Source of the DNA: Sphaeroforma arctica JP610
Taxonomy: Eukaryota
Assembly: GCF_001186125.1 (NCBI RefSeq)
Contig: NW_014040207.1
Span: 37,171 to 70,715 of the forward strand
Reading direction: 5' to 3'
DNA length: 33,545 bases
Shown in pieces: positions 1 through 12,800 of this stretch. Within the stretch, counting starts at the first letter, position 1; every line of letters starts with the position of its first letter. The notes beneath the pieces are model-generated. The model had not been told where the DNA came from and did not search any database. It worked only from the letters and a program-made list of their open reading frames with translations. Position numbers and translations under genes: made by a program.

Positions 1-175
<175 letters not shown>

Positions 176-564
176 ACTGTACTGTGGCAGTCTGCAAGAG
201 GTGCTTATCAATTGCTGATAGGTGTGTCTCTGCGCACGACACAGTGTGTGAGAAGATGAGGTGTGTGGTTGACTTCTGCAATTGCACGGCCACACGAGAT
301 GGGGTTCAATCGTGTGCTCGTATGCCATACACTGTTTAGAGTCTTAGGGTTTTGATGTATGTCATTTATCGTTCAGGGTTTTAGGGGTTTACCACACTTT
401 TTAGGGTTTTGAGTTCTTTACGGCGTTTTTTTTAATCATTTAGGGTTTTATGTCTCATACTCTCTTTAGGGTTTTAGGGTGTTTCCACAAGGTCTTCCCT
501 TCATTGTACTGTAGATGATTCCTTTACCTCATGTATACCACTCGCCTCCTCTCACCCGCCCCAG

Positions 565-878
565 CATGCGCAGAATGCCTTTGGCACTGTCTTTGATCTG
601 CTGAGTGGTCTTTTATATCTCATCTATAACACTCCATGCGCAGAATGCTTTTGTCACTGTCTTTGATCTGCTGAGTGGTCAGTTTATATCTCATCTAGAA
701 TGCCTTTGTCACTCTCTTTGATCTGCTGAGTGGTCTGTCTATATCTCATCTATAACACTGCATTCGCAGAATGCCTTTGTCACTCTCTTTGTTCTGCTGA
801 GTGGTCTGTTTATATCTCATCTATAACACTCCATGCTCAGAATGCCTTTGTCACTCTCTTTGATCTGCTGAGTGGTCT
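565..878 (+). repeat. ~70-bp tandem repeat x5 containing the NUP205 acceptor and exon start
   Basis: Unit about tttatatctcatctataacactccatgcgcag|aatgcctttgtcactctctttgatctgctgagtggtc; AG ends at 573, 643, 698, 769 and 840. Confidence 0.9.
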
Positions 879-953
879 GTTGGTTAAGATGGATGACTAC
901 ACCTTAGCCGAAGCGTGTGGCCGTTCTGCTGTTGCGGTCTCAGACAAGCTCAG
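841..953 (+). CDS. NUP205: NUP205 exon (NAFVTLFDLLSGLLVKMDDYTLAEACGRSAVAVSDKLR)
   Basis: Acceptor gctcag|AAT, donor CTCAG|gtaatg, phase 2 matches next exon. Exact acceptor is uncertain because of upstream duplicates. Confidence 0.7.
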
Positions 954-3900
954 GTAATGTTTTAGGGTTGCGTAGTTTTTTCGATTTGTAGTTTAGGTTT
1001 TGGTGGTACTAGGGTTTTGTAGTTTTAGGGTTGCGTAGTTTTAGTTTTAGAGTTTTATAGTTTCAGGGTTTTGTATTTTTAGGGTTTTAGGGTTTTGTGG
1101 CCGGTCTACTATTGCAGTCTTGGACTCGCTCATCAGATAGTGTACTGTGTTGTTGGCACACGTAGTTTTATCTGTTGGCCTTGCTGTTTGCGGCTGCAAG
1201 TAGGTAAGTAGTCGTGTGGATCTACAAACGTGCCTATTTTTCCGAACGTATGTGTATTTACATATGTCGTTGTTAGGTCGTTTGGATGTGGTTTTAGGGT
1301 TTAGGGTTTAGTGCATGAACATGTACAAATACCAGAAATGGCGGTGGTAGATAATATGGATATTAATCTGAGTGAATGTGTGTGTGCGCTTTGAAAGTAT
1401 GTGCATATCACCACGACATACATATCTCACAGCAAGCTGTGTTAAAACCCTGCAACCTTACAACCCTGTCCGTGTGCTTTTCTACATGTCTTGGGCGAAG
1501 GCAGGTATCCCTATACATTTCTATATGGAACCTAACTTGTGTGTTGTATGGAACCTAACTATGAGAAGGTTTGCGTTATGTATGTATGTGTGCTATAGTG
1601 TAAGAGCCCCAGGGAGACACATTGCTATCTCTCCGTCTGTAAAGTGGAATTGGAGTATCTATTGGCAAGGTTCAATACAGCTACTGCGGAGGCTTTCCAG
1701 TTTGTTGGTTACGCCATAGGGCACTACGGCGTTTCAGTGGTGTGTACACGTGCACATAAGTACGTCTGCAATGTACTTGCAGGTTCTAATTATTGAGCAA
1801 AGCATGCAGCATACATGCCGATGTATTTGTAGGTACATGTGTATGTATGTACATGTGTATGTATTTAGATGTGTATGTATGTACATACAATTTTCTGGTG
1901 AGAGTATACAACTGAATGGATTGGCCCGGTTTAAATGTTTTAGGGTTTAAGGGTTTTCATAAGTTCTATCGGATCACTGACGCGTGCACACTTGTACACA
2001 CCAACACACCAGCGTGTTGTTATCATCATCGCACTCATATACACACGTTACTATCATCATCACATTCATATGCACATGTTACTATCAGCATCAAACTCAT
2101 ATCCACATGATACTATCTCCATCCCACTCATATACACATGTTACTATCTCCATCCCACCCATATACACGTGCTACTATCATCATCCCACTCATATACACG
2201 TGTTGCTATCATCATCACACTCATACACACATGTTACTATCATCATCCCACTCATATACACGTGCTACCATCACTACACAGGAGTATAAAGCTGCAGGGG
2301 TTGGCACAGGCCGCCGCTGAAGCGAAGCGTCACGCACAACACGTGGGACAAGTGCCAGTGTATCAAATACTAGAGGCCATGGACGCCATTGTGCGTGTGT
2401 TGGTCGACAAGATAACCTCTCAGGTACGTTTGTGTGTGCGTGTGATACGCTCTTATAGACAAGATAACCTCTCAGGTACGTTTGTGTGTGCGTGTGATAT
2501 GCTCGTATAGACAAGATAACCTCTCAGGTACGTTTGTGTATGTTTGTGATATGCGCTTATAGACAAGATATCCTCTCAGGTAAGTTTGTGTGTGCGTGTG
2601 TTATGCTCCTATAGACAGAATAACTGCTCAGGTACGTCTGTGTGCGTGTGATACGCTCTTATAGACAAAATATCCTCTCAGGTACGCCTGTGTGTGCGTG
2701 TGATACGTCTGTGTGTGTGTGTGATACGCTCTTATGGACAGAATAATCTCTCAGGTACGTCTGTGTGTGCGTGTGATACGCTATTCTAGGGGCGTGTGCC
2801 ATCTGTGTAGAATGTGTGTTCGTTAGTTGCGTTGTACATGTGTGGCATTCATCACCTGATCTCACCTGAGCGGGCACGGGTTTTCAGGGTTTTAAACCCT
2901 AAACCCTATTCATATTCAGACTAAGCTACACCTATCTCTCTCCCTCCCCTGTAGTCCACCCGTTCATGTCTGTACACGACGCTGCTCAATCTCATAAGCT
3001 TTGCCAAGGACTCGGGTTCGTCGCGGCACGGCACGCACAGCTCCCGTAACCGTGGCAACGAGGCGATGGTCAGTGTTACCAATACCTTACTACTACCCTC
3101 TGAAAGCCTTATGTTCCGTCTGATCCCCGTGGTGGCTACGGATGCCATGAGTGGCAATGGCAGTTGTAAGAGTATGGGAGTGGCGCTGATGGGCAGACTG
3201 CTCAAGAGCGACCCCAATAGATGGATGGAGAGCCTATCACAGCACGGGTAAGGAGGGTGGACACATGCATGTTCTGTAGGGTTGTGTGTGTGTGATATAC
3301 AGGTATCTATTGATTATATATATATATATATATAAATATATATATGAAACCCTTATTATCTGATATAGGCATGGTCTGATGATTTCCCTTTCTACGTGTG
3401 TGTATATCTACCAATACGCAACTCTAGGCACTCATCCCGTGACTCCTTCGAACTCACCTCTTTTAGCGAGACCACCCATCTCTTCCCCATGCAGATGTAC
3501 TATCCCAAACCCACTCACTCGCCTCTCTCACCGTCCACACCCCCTGCCGCCACTCACACTCACTCACACATACACATGCATGTGCACTCAATCACTCACA
3601 TACACCCATGCATATACACTCACCAACTCTCACACACTCATGCATGTGCACCTTTCACTCACTCTCACACACATGCATATACACTCACGCACTCTCACTC
3701 ACATGCATGTACACTCACTCACTCACACACACACATGCATGTGCACCCTTTCACTCACTCTCACACACATGCATATAAACTCACGCACTCTCACTCACAT
3801 GCATGTACACTCACTCACAGACTCACACACATGCATGTGCACCCTTTCACTCACTCTCTCACACATGCATACTCACACACACACATGCATATACACCCTT

Positions 3901-5569
3901 TCACTCACTCTCACACACATGCATATACACTCACGCACTCTCACTCACATGCATGTACACTCACTCACTCACACACATACATGCATATACACTCACGCAC
4001 TCTCACTCACATGCATGGGCATGTGCGCAGATTCCTGGATCACTTTGTGGGCATTCTCAAGCACGCCGACGTGGAGGTGTCGCGTGCACTACACACGCAC
4101 TCGGGATCACTGCTGCCCATCTACAGCTACGAGGCTAAGATGTCCTTCCTTGTGCTTGTGGCGAGTGTCAAAGAGGGTGCGGCCGCCCTTGTGGCTAGTG
4201 GTATGTGAGTGTGTGTTATGTATGTGTTAGTGTGTGTTATGTGTGTGTGCGTGTGATTGAGTGTCTGTTATGTGTGTATGTGTGTGTGTGTAGTATGTAT
4301 GTGTGAGAGAGTTTGGAAAATGATGATTGCGTTTCAACGTACTTTACACATCCATAACTACTCATGCTCTACAAATGATGATTGCGTTTCAACGTATTAT
4401 ATACATCCATAACTACTCATGCTCTACATATGAGGATTGCGTTTCAACGTATTATATACATCCATAACTACTCATGCTCTGCTTATGATGATTGCGTTTC
4501 AACGTATTATATACATTCATAACTACTCATGCTCTGCGTATGATGATTGCGTTCCAACGTACTTAAACATCCATAACTACTCTTGCCCTACATATGCTTT
4601 ATACATCCATAACTACTCATGCTCTACGTATGATGATTGCGTTCCAACGTACTTTACACATCCATAACTACTTATGCTCTACATATGATGATTGCGTTTC
4701 AACTTATTATACACATCCATAACTACTCATGCTCTACGTATGATGATTGCGTTTCAACGTACTTACACATCCATAACTACTCTTGCCCTACATATGATGA
4801 TTGCGTTTCAACGTATGGTGATTGCGTTTCAACGTATGGTGATTGCGTCTCAACGTACTTACACATCCTAACTACTCATGCTCTACATATGATGATTGCG
4901 TTTCAACCTTTTATATACATCCATATCTACTCCTTCTCTACATATGATGATTGCGTTTCAACGTATTTTATACATCCATAGCTACTCATACTCTATATGT
5001 GATGATTGCGTTTCAACGTACTTTATACAATCATAACTACTCATGCGCTGCGAAAGGGGCCGCTGCGCATGTATGTATACAGAACTAGAGCTACATCTTC
5101 CTTTTCCCATGCGTGCATAGACTATACGTGAGTGTATGTGTTTGTATAGGCATACTTATGGAGCCACGTGTTTCCAGTACTTCTTCTGTCCATACTTCCA
5201 TTTATCCATACTTCTTTAGTCCATACTTCCATTTGTCCATACTTCTTTTGTCCGTACTTCTTTTGTCCATACTTCATTTGTCCATACTAACATTTGTCCA
5301 GGTATGTTACGTCGATTGTCCACTTTCACGTGTCTGCAAGAGTCGCCACTACACACAGACGAAACAGACCAGTCGTTTGGATCACGTGCCGATCGCGAGC
5401 GCCGCGTCGTTCTTTGGGCCTTACGTCTTATTGGAGGTATGATACGCACACTCACATATGCATATCCATATACATATACAGATACCTACATGTACCTGTA
5501 CATGTACATATACATATGCATGTGCATGTGCGTATACATATACATCACATATACATGCATATATATATG

Positions 5570-5600
<31 letters not shown>

Positions 5601-6569
5601 ATTTGTGTGTGTGACTCTTGCTGGTATCCTCTCGTACATAGGCTGACAGAATATATATATGAAGACACGGTATCAAGATCCGTGCCGTCGCCCCCTATGC
5701 TACACTCACCCATGCACGCGCACATACAAACAGACTGTGTATATTAAAACCCCCAAGGGGTTTTTAGTTACTACTAACTAAACCCTGAACCCTAAACCCT
5801 TTACTAATCCTGATAGTAAACAACACGGACTCTCGCGAGGGCGAGAGATTGCCTACACTCTACTCCTACGTGTGTATTTGTCAAGTATTTTCTTATTTAT
5901 ACACCCTTAACAACCATGTGCGTATACCCTTAGTTACTCACTTACCTAACTATACCATCTGTGGGTTCTCGCAGGTATCCTTACGTCGGTGGGTCGTGAG
6001 AATGTCTTTGCCGTGGCTGAGGCGTTGGACTGTGTAGCTGTGAAGAAGGAGTTGTTTCTGAGTGTGTTGAGGGGTGGCGCACACTCCTCGCCCACCGCCA
6101 GACTCACCCCACACGTGCTCGAGGAGATCAAGCTGACGGTATGCACATGCACATACATGTGTAAGTTCAAACGTGTGCCCTAAGAACCCTGTACCCTGAC
6201 ATCGGTAATTAAACGTGTGCTCTAAAAACCCTAAACCCCTATACCCTGTAACGGGTGGTTGCAGGTGTGTTAGTGATGTGGGGTGCTTATATGGTGGTGT
6301 GTTCACGTATACACATGTGATCTTGAACCTGAGAAGGGAGTTTCAGTCATGAATACGAGACAGATGTATATTCCAAAACATGTATAATAAACGCGATGCG
6401 CGTGCAAACGCGTACAGAAGTTCTAAAAATAGATTGTCAGGACGCTGTCTGTATCTATGAGCCCAAGAGAACTGTCTTACACGCTGTAGGGTGCTGTTGT
6501 GTGCTACGGTACACAGGGCATCGGGTATTTATAGTTCTCGATATGAATCTGTCCGTCTATCTGTAAACA

Positions 6570-6610
<41 letters not shown>

Positions 6611-6709
6611 ACATACACATACATACATACATACAATACATACATACACATACACACACACACACACATTCATACACACACACACATAAATACACACACA
6701 CATACACAC

Positions 6710-6740
<31 letters not shown>

Positions 6741-7633
6741 GAGAAGCATGTATACTTCTCGATGTATATATATATATATAAATCTCTCTGTCTATCTGTG
6801 AGCACACACACACAAAGTTGAGAAGTATGTATACTTTTCGATGTACCTACATATATAAATCTGTCTGTCTATCTGTGAACACACGCACACACACATCCAC
6901 ATATAAGTAGAAAAGTATATATAGTTATCGATGTATATACATATATTTATCTGTCTGCCTATCTGTAAACACACACACATACACGCATACACATACACGT
7001 ACATATACACAGCCTATACACTGAATCATTGACCCCTCCCTCTGCCTCACCTTCTCCTCCCCTCAGGTGGGCATCTTCTATCGCCTGTCTGCCGATGCGG
7101 CTGAGTTCACGCGTAGGTTAGGTGATAGTGCCTTGGTGTTTCATAAGCACTTGTTGGGTTGTCTGGTGCGGTTTGCCGTGCCCTCGAGGTGGAAGTCGCG
7201 TATGGCGTACCCTGTCACCAGTACAGTCGAGCCCAGGGAGACATCGAGGTAGGTATAGCTATAAGTGTGCGTTACGTATCCTTGTGTGTGTGTGTGTGTC
7301 ACCAGTACAGTCGAGCCCAGGGAGGCATCGAGGTAGGTATACTTAGTGTGTGTACGTATCCTTGTGGGTGTAAGGGGGGGGGCATATGCGAATGTACGGG
7401 TATATGGACTGGTTTAGACATGTTTAGATGGATATGTACATATGGTTGTGCGTGGACGTACACGTGTGTGTTGTGTATCTGCGGTGGATGCCGCGTGTGG
7501 CTTACTCTACCGCCTGCACAGAAGAACTGGTGGTGACATTGCGGTGTTTATCAAGTGGTGTATGTGTGTGTGTGCAATTAGGTTTCTGACGGAACCGTGA
7601 TTGGACCATATTTGCTCATATGTCTACAGGCAG

Positions 7634-7668
<35 letters not shown>

Positions 7669-8423
7669 CTTTATATATATTTTCATGTATACATTTTTTA
7701 CGTGTATGTATCGGTGTTGCATGCTCAACCGAGAAAACAGAGGTATGGAAATTGGGTATGTAGTTCTGCAGGTGTATATACGAAGAGTTGAATCGGACCA
7801 TATGTTATAGATCGCTCAGATCAGAGTTTACTTGAGCTATGACTATGTACATACGAGTGTGTGTATGGATCCTGCTGTGTTTTTATCAACAGCTAATTGA
7901 GGTTTTAGGGCTTTATGAGTGTGTGTATTGATATTGGCGTGCTCTACGCATTGTATCCCTATTTTCAGCTCTGGCCAAATCGAATGTCCACTTACTTAGA
8001 GGTGTTATCTATGTATCTGTGTCACTCGGTTACAATTACCTGCGGGTTTACAAGTGTGTAAAGGCCTTCTCTGCAACAGACAGTCGACTATCGTACGCAT
8101 CCCTGCATCACGTGTTAACGTACGGATGTGAATTAGTACTCTCCGAATTTCAATACCTACTCTCCGCTTTTACCTACCACACCACAGCCTTGACTACAGA
8201 ATGCGGGATGTACAGTCGCCGCAAGTCGTCGACGCGGCTGTCATTGCGGCGGTGGAGTGTGATGTGCGTGACATCTGTCTGAGTCTGGTGTCGTATCTGC
8301 GCAGTGTTGTCAAGGTTGCGAAGCAGAGCCGCGATACTGCACAGATCATGCCGTTACTATCACCAAACCTTCAGGTATGTACGTAAATGAATACATGTAT
8401 CTGTATATGTATGTGTATATCTG

Positions 8424-8455
<32 letters not shown>

Positions 8456-9782
8456 CGTGTGTGACTTGGGACTTGTGACTTGTGTGTCTTGTGTCTTGTG
8501 TCTTTTTATCAGTGGACCTCAATGCATTCTCTCACACGAGCTGAACTCTTATTCATGTGAAAAAAATGCAGATATCAATCACATACATATTTGTGCCAAA
8601 TCTCAACGCATATCTTTGTCCACCCAATCCTATCGTCTGAATTTAACGTTTATTCTACGCGTTTGTCCACACCCGCTATATAGAATGCCATAGTATTGGC
8701 CAACAACGACTCCAGTGCTCCGTCACACATCAGTGATGAATTGGCGAACGAAGAGAATGCCAGCAGCAAACGGCCCCCGTCCCTCAGCGCACTTGTAATA
8801 TACATCCGCACAGCTATACCTAGGTGGGTGGGTGGTTGGGTGTGTGTGTGTTGTATATGTCTACTGTGTGTGTGTGTAGGGGTGTGTGTGGGTATGGGTG
8901 TGTGTGTGTGTGTGTGTGTGCTGTGTGTTGTATGTCTACTGTGTGTGTGTGTTGTATATGTCTACTGTGTGTGGGGTGTGGGTGTGTGTGTGTGTGTTGT
9001 ATGTCTACGCAGATAGATGTACGTAGTGTGTGAGGATGATGGTTTTTTGGAGCACACCCAGTTATTGAGCCTTTTGAGTTTGTACCTCCACACACCTGTC
9101 TCTAAGATAGATTATGAACTAGTTATTATTGTGCACTTGTTTAATCAGAGTTCGCATATAGTGTACCAGGTGTATATAGTTAGTCATCAGTATCTACACC
9201 TGGTGTGTTTCGGGTATATATAACTGCTCGAATACTCGTATACTATGTCGTAATTCAACACAGCTTGTTTAGCTATCGTGCGGTACATGAATTGTTTCAA
9301 TTGGTGGATCACGTGTCGATGTCGCAAATCACATGTCGCAAATCACATGTCGACCGTATCTCATTATAGTCAATATCACATTCACTGCGTAGTCTGTTGA
9401 GCCGAGTGACAGCATCAGCAGCCAGGGGTCGAGGTCGCGGTTCGGGCGCTGAAAATGGTACTAACCTAAATATGGGCATGATTTTAGGCGGGAACGCGGT
9501 AGGTATAAATGTCGGAGCCACCCCAGATACCTACGGACATCCAGACGCAAACGCATATGGTTCTAATCAGGGATACACACGCGGTAACCATGGTAACCAG
9601 GGGTATGGTATGCCACATTCCATGCACAGTACACAAAGCTACGGCACAACTGGACACAACCCACAGATTAACCACGGTTACGGTTATGGGAGACCTCATG
9701 CGATCAACGGAACGTTCGGACCGATAACTGGGGACTTCAATGACTACAGGTATATATATATATGTGTGTGTGTGTGTGCGTG

Positions 9783-9815
<33 letters not shown>

Positions 9816-12800
9816 TTACATATGTATATAAATATATGTGTGTTTGTGCGTGTGTGTGTGCGTANNNNNNNNNNNNNNNNNNNNTGTGTGTGTGTGTCTT
9901 CTCATACTGATCATAACCATGCCCGTCACACTCAGGTCCACGTTCAATCGACGTGCGCGTCACCAGCCGTCCCTAACAGAGGATACCCACGCCGTTCAGA
10001 TACTGCTGTGTGGTATTGAGAGTGCGCTGTATGTGCTGATGCTGCATTTGCACTACTACCTGACAGTTGCCGCTACCACAACACCGCTGCCATACGTTAC
10101 AACAAGTACGTTACTTGCATATATGCGTATGAAGTGAGATATGGGATGTGTTCTGTTTGTGCGTGGGGTGAGTCATGTATGTGTTATAGTGTTTGTGTCT
10201 ATCTATCTTTGGTGAAGTCGCAATATTATAGCTATAGGTCAAGAGTAGCTGCTGGCACAGTGCCGTTGCCCAAGTATCTGTACAATACCGTCAGGAGTGT
10301 ATATAGATGCATGAGTCCCTATATATATATATATTATAATACATTATTATATATTATAATATTATATTATATGATATTACATTATAATATTAATTTATAT
10401 ATATATGTATATATCTCTGATTGAATACGCATCCCTGTGTGGCGTGCTCATAGTTCGCGTACACATGAAGATAGCTGCTTACATATGTGCCAATATATAT
10501 ATCATCTGCAAAGTAATGCAGTCGGCATCGATATCCGTTGCGTAGCAACAGCTATCAAACAACTATCAATCCCAATCTACACACTATACGCTGCGGACAC
10601 ATTACTTCAATCCTATGCGATAGACGGACGCCATCGCACCTTAATCTCAATCAGCGCACAATACACATCGAATACTACACTTGTGTGCGATTTAATTGAT
10701 ACTACACTTGTGTGTGATTTAATTGATACTACACTTGTGTGTGATTTAATTGATACTACACTTGTGTGTGATTTAATTGATACTACACTTGTGTGTGATT
10801 TAATTGATACTACATTTGTGTGTACTTTAATTTATACTACACTTGTGTGTGATGTAATTGATATTACACTTGTGTGTGATTTAATTAATACTACAATTGT
10901 GTGTGATATAATTAATACTACACTTGTGTGTGATTTAATTGATACTACACTTGTGTGTGATTTAATTGTCTGTGATCTCATAGCCCCTACCCAACCAATT
11001 CCGATCGGCATCCCACACGCAGAGTAAACATACCTTCACACGCTCATATGCGGTGTTGTACCCCCTACACCCCATGTCCCACACCCAAACCCTAAAACCC
11101 TAAAACCCTAAAACCCTAAAACCACACCCTACTCAGAGTATTGCGGATCGGCATCGGGGATTGATGTGGATGACGGGGGCATGCTCATGGGCGGAGAAAT
11201 CACCTGGGACCAAATGACGCGAGAGTCGCGTGAGAAGCTCAAGTCCACGGCCAGTTCATGTCTGGCCCAAGTGCTGGACAACCTCCAGTTCTCACAGGAT
11301 ATTCAGGTATGCCCGGCGGAGTGTACATGTGTATACGTGTTGAGATGTGTGTGCGTGTGTGTGCGTGTGTGTGTGTTTATAATGTTGTATTGCGATAAAT
11401 TGCATACACAATATTCATCGATACGATCCGCCATCCTTCGGCAGGCTCTTCTCGTGTAGCGCTTCTGCGATGTGCTTGCCTCGGTATAATGGAGTGTTGC
11501 TTTTGTGTGCGTGTGCGTGTGCGTGTGCGTGTGCGTGTGCGTGTGCGTGTGCGTGTGCGTGTCTATTGGTAATGCGTAGTGCCTGTGTGGGTAGTCTCAG
11601 CTCTCGTCCGTCGTATGGGCACTTGAGCATGTGCTGCCTATACCGATGAAGCTGTCTGGTAAATATTTTTAAGTACACAGACTCTTCGACGTCATAGTCC
11701 GCTTCCCGCAAATATATGTATATGTAGGCTATTCATAAGGGTATATACACGTATAACTTCGTTCAATTGCGTTCGCTTAGCTACATGTGGATGGCGGCAG
11801 CTGTGTGGCTCTTATGCATGATGCTGCCCCGGCATAGTAGTCCGTGCCTGCGAGTGTGTGTAGTTGTAGTCAACCGCTTGTGTTGGGTAGCGTGCAACGC
11901 TTGGATAGTGCACGCTTGGATAGTGCACGCTTGCACATGTGCTAGGCTATCAGTTCATACTGTCGTGGGATGTGTAGTCATATGGACGTACGGCAGAAAT
12001 AGGCTGGGTATGATCGTAGGTGCCATTCACAATACGCATTCTATAAGACTTGTTTATGGAGACCCTTTCAGCGCCTACTACATTTTTGTGTGTTGATTTT
12101 TAATTCGACTAGCGTATCCGCATCTGTCTGACTTTAGTAAATACGTACCACAGTGGACCACTATATCTCCAAGCAGAACACGCCAAGCTATAAACTGTGT
12201 ATAGTGACCAAGCTATCAGCTGTGTATAGTGACCTAGCTATAAGCTGTGTATAGTGACCAAGCTATAAGCTGTGTATAGTGACCAAGCTATAAGCTGTGT
12301 ATAGTGACCAAGCTATAAGCTGTATAGTGACCAAGCTATAAACTGTGTATAGTGACCAAGCTATAAGCTGTGTATAGTGACCAAGCTATAAGCTGTGTAT
12401 AGTGACCAAGCTATAAGCTGTGTATAGTGACCAAGCTATAAGCTGTGTATAGTGACCAAGCTATAAGCTGTGTATAGTGACCAAGCTATCAGCTGTGTAT
12501 AGTGACCAATCTATCAGCTGTGTATAGTGACCAAGCTATCAGCTGTGTATAGTGACCAAGCTATCAGCAGTGTATAGTGACCAAGCTATCAGCTGTGTAT
12601 ATAGTGACCAAGCTATCAGCTGTGTATAGTGACCAAGCTATCAGCTGTGTATAGTGACCAAGCTATCAGCAGTGTATAGTGACCAAGCTATCAGCTGTGT
12701 ATAGTGACCAAGCTATAAACTGTGTATAGTGCCATGTGCACTGATGGAGAGACTACGGTGTATTACATCAGGTGCAGGTGCATTTCATCAGATTGTATAT

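Noticed and set aside
191..260. Candidate NUP205 exon (cag|TCTGC...GAG|gtgtgt)
   Set aside because: Its open frame ends in phase 2 whereas the 841 exon starts in phase 0, and the phase-0 reading has a TGA at 249.
1599..1739. Exon-like open stretch (CKSPRETHCYL...)
   Set aside because: Its open frame is phase 0 but the flanking exons are phase 2 and join directly; no Nup205-like motif.
3379..4030. Long His/Thr-rich ORFs (283 and 270 aa), and similar CV/HT/YI-rich ORFs at 1984-2289, 5440-5750, 6490-7010 and 8820-9095
   Set aside because: Artefacts of stop-poor CA/TG microsatellites in introns; only the exon portions are coding.
10437..11027. 196-aa ORF with DTTLVCDLI repeats
   Set aside because: Translation of a 27-bp intronic minisatellite; the flanking NUP205 exons join in phase without it.
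12183..12731. CRISPR-like appearance of the 25-bp array (also the 27-, 38- and 55-bp arrays)
   Set aside because: Repeats are head-to-tail with no unique spacers, no cas genes are present, and the context is eukaryotic intron or LTR.
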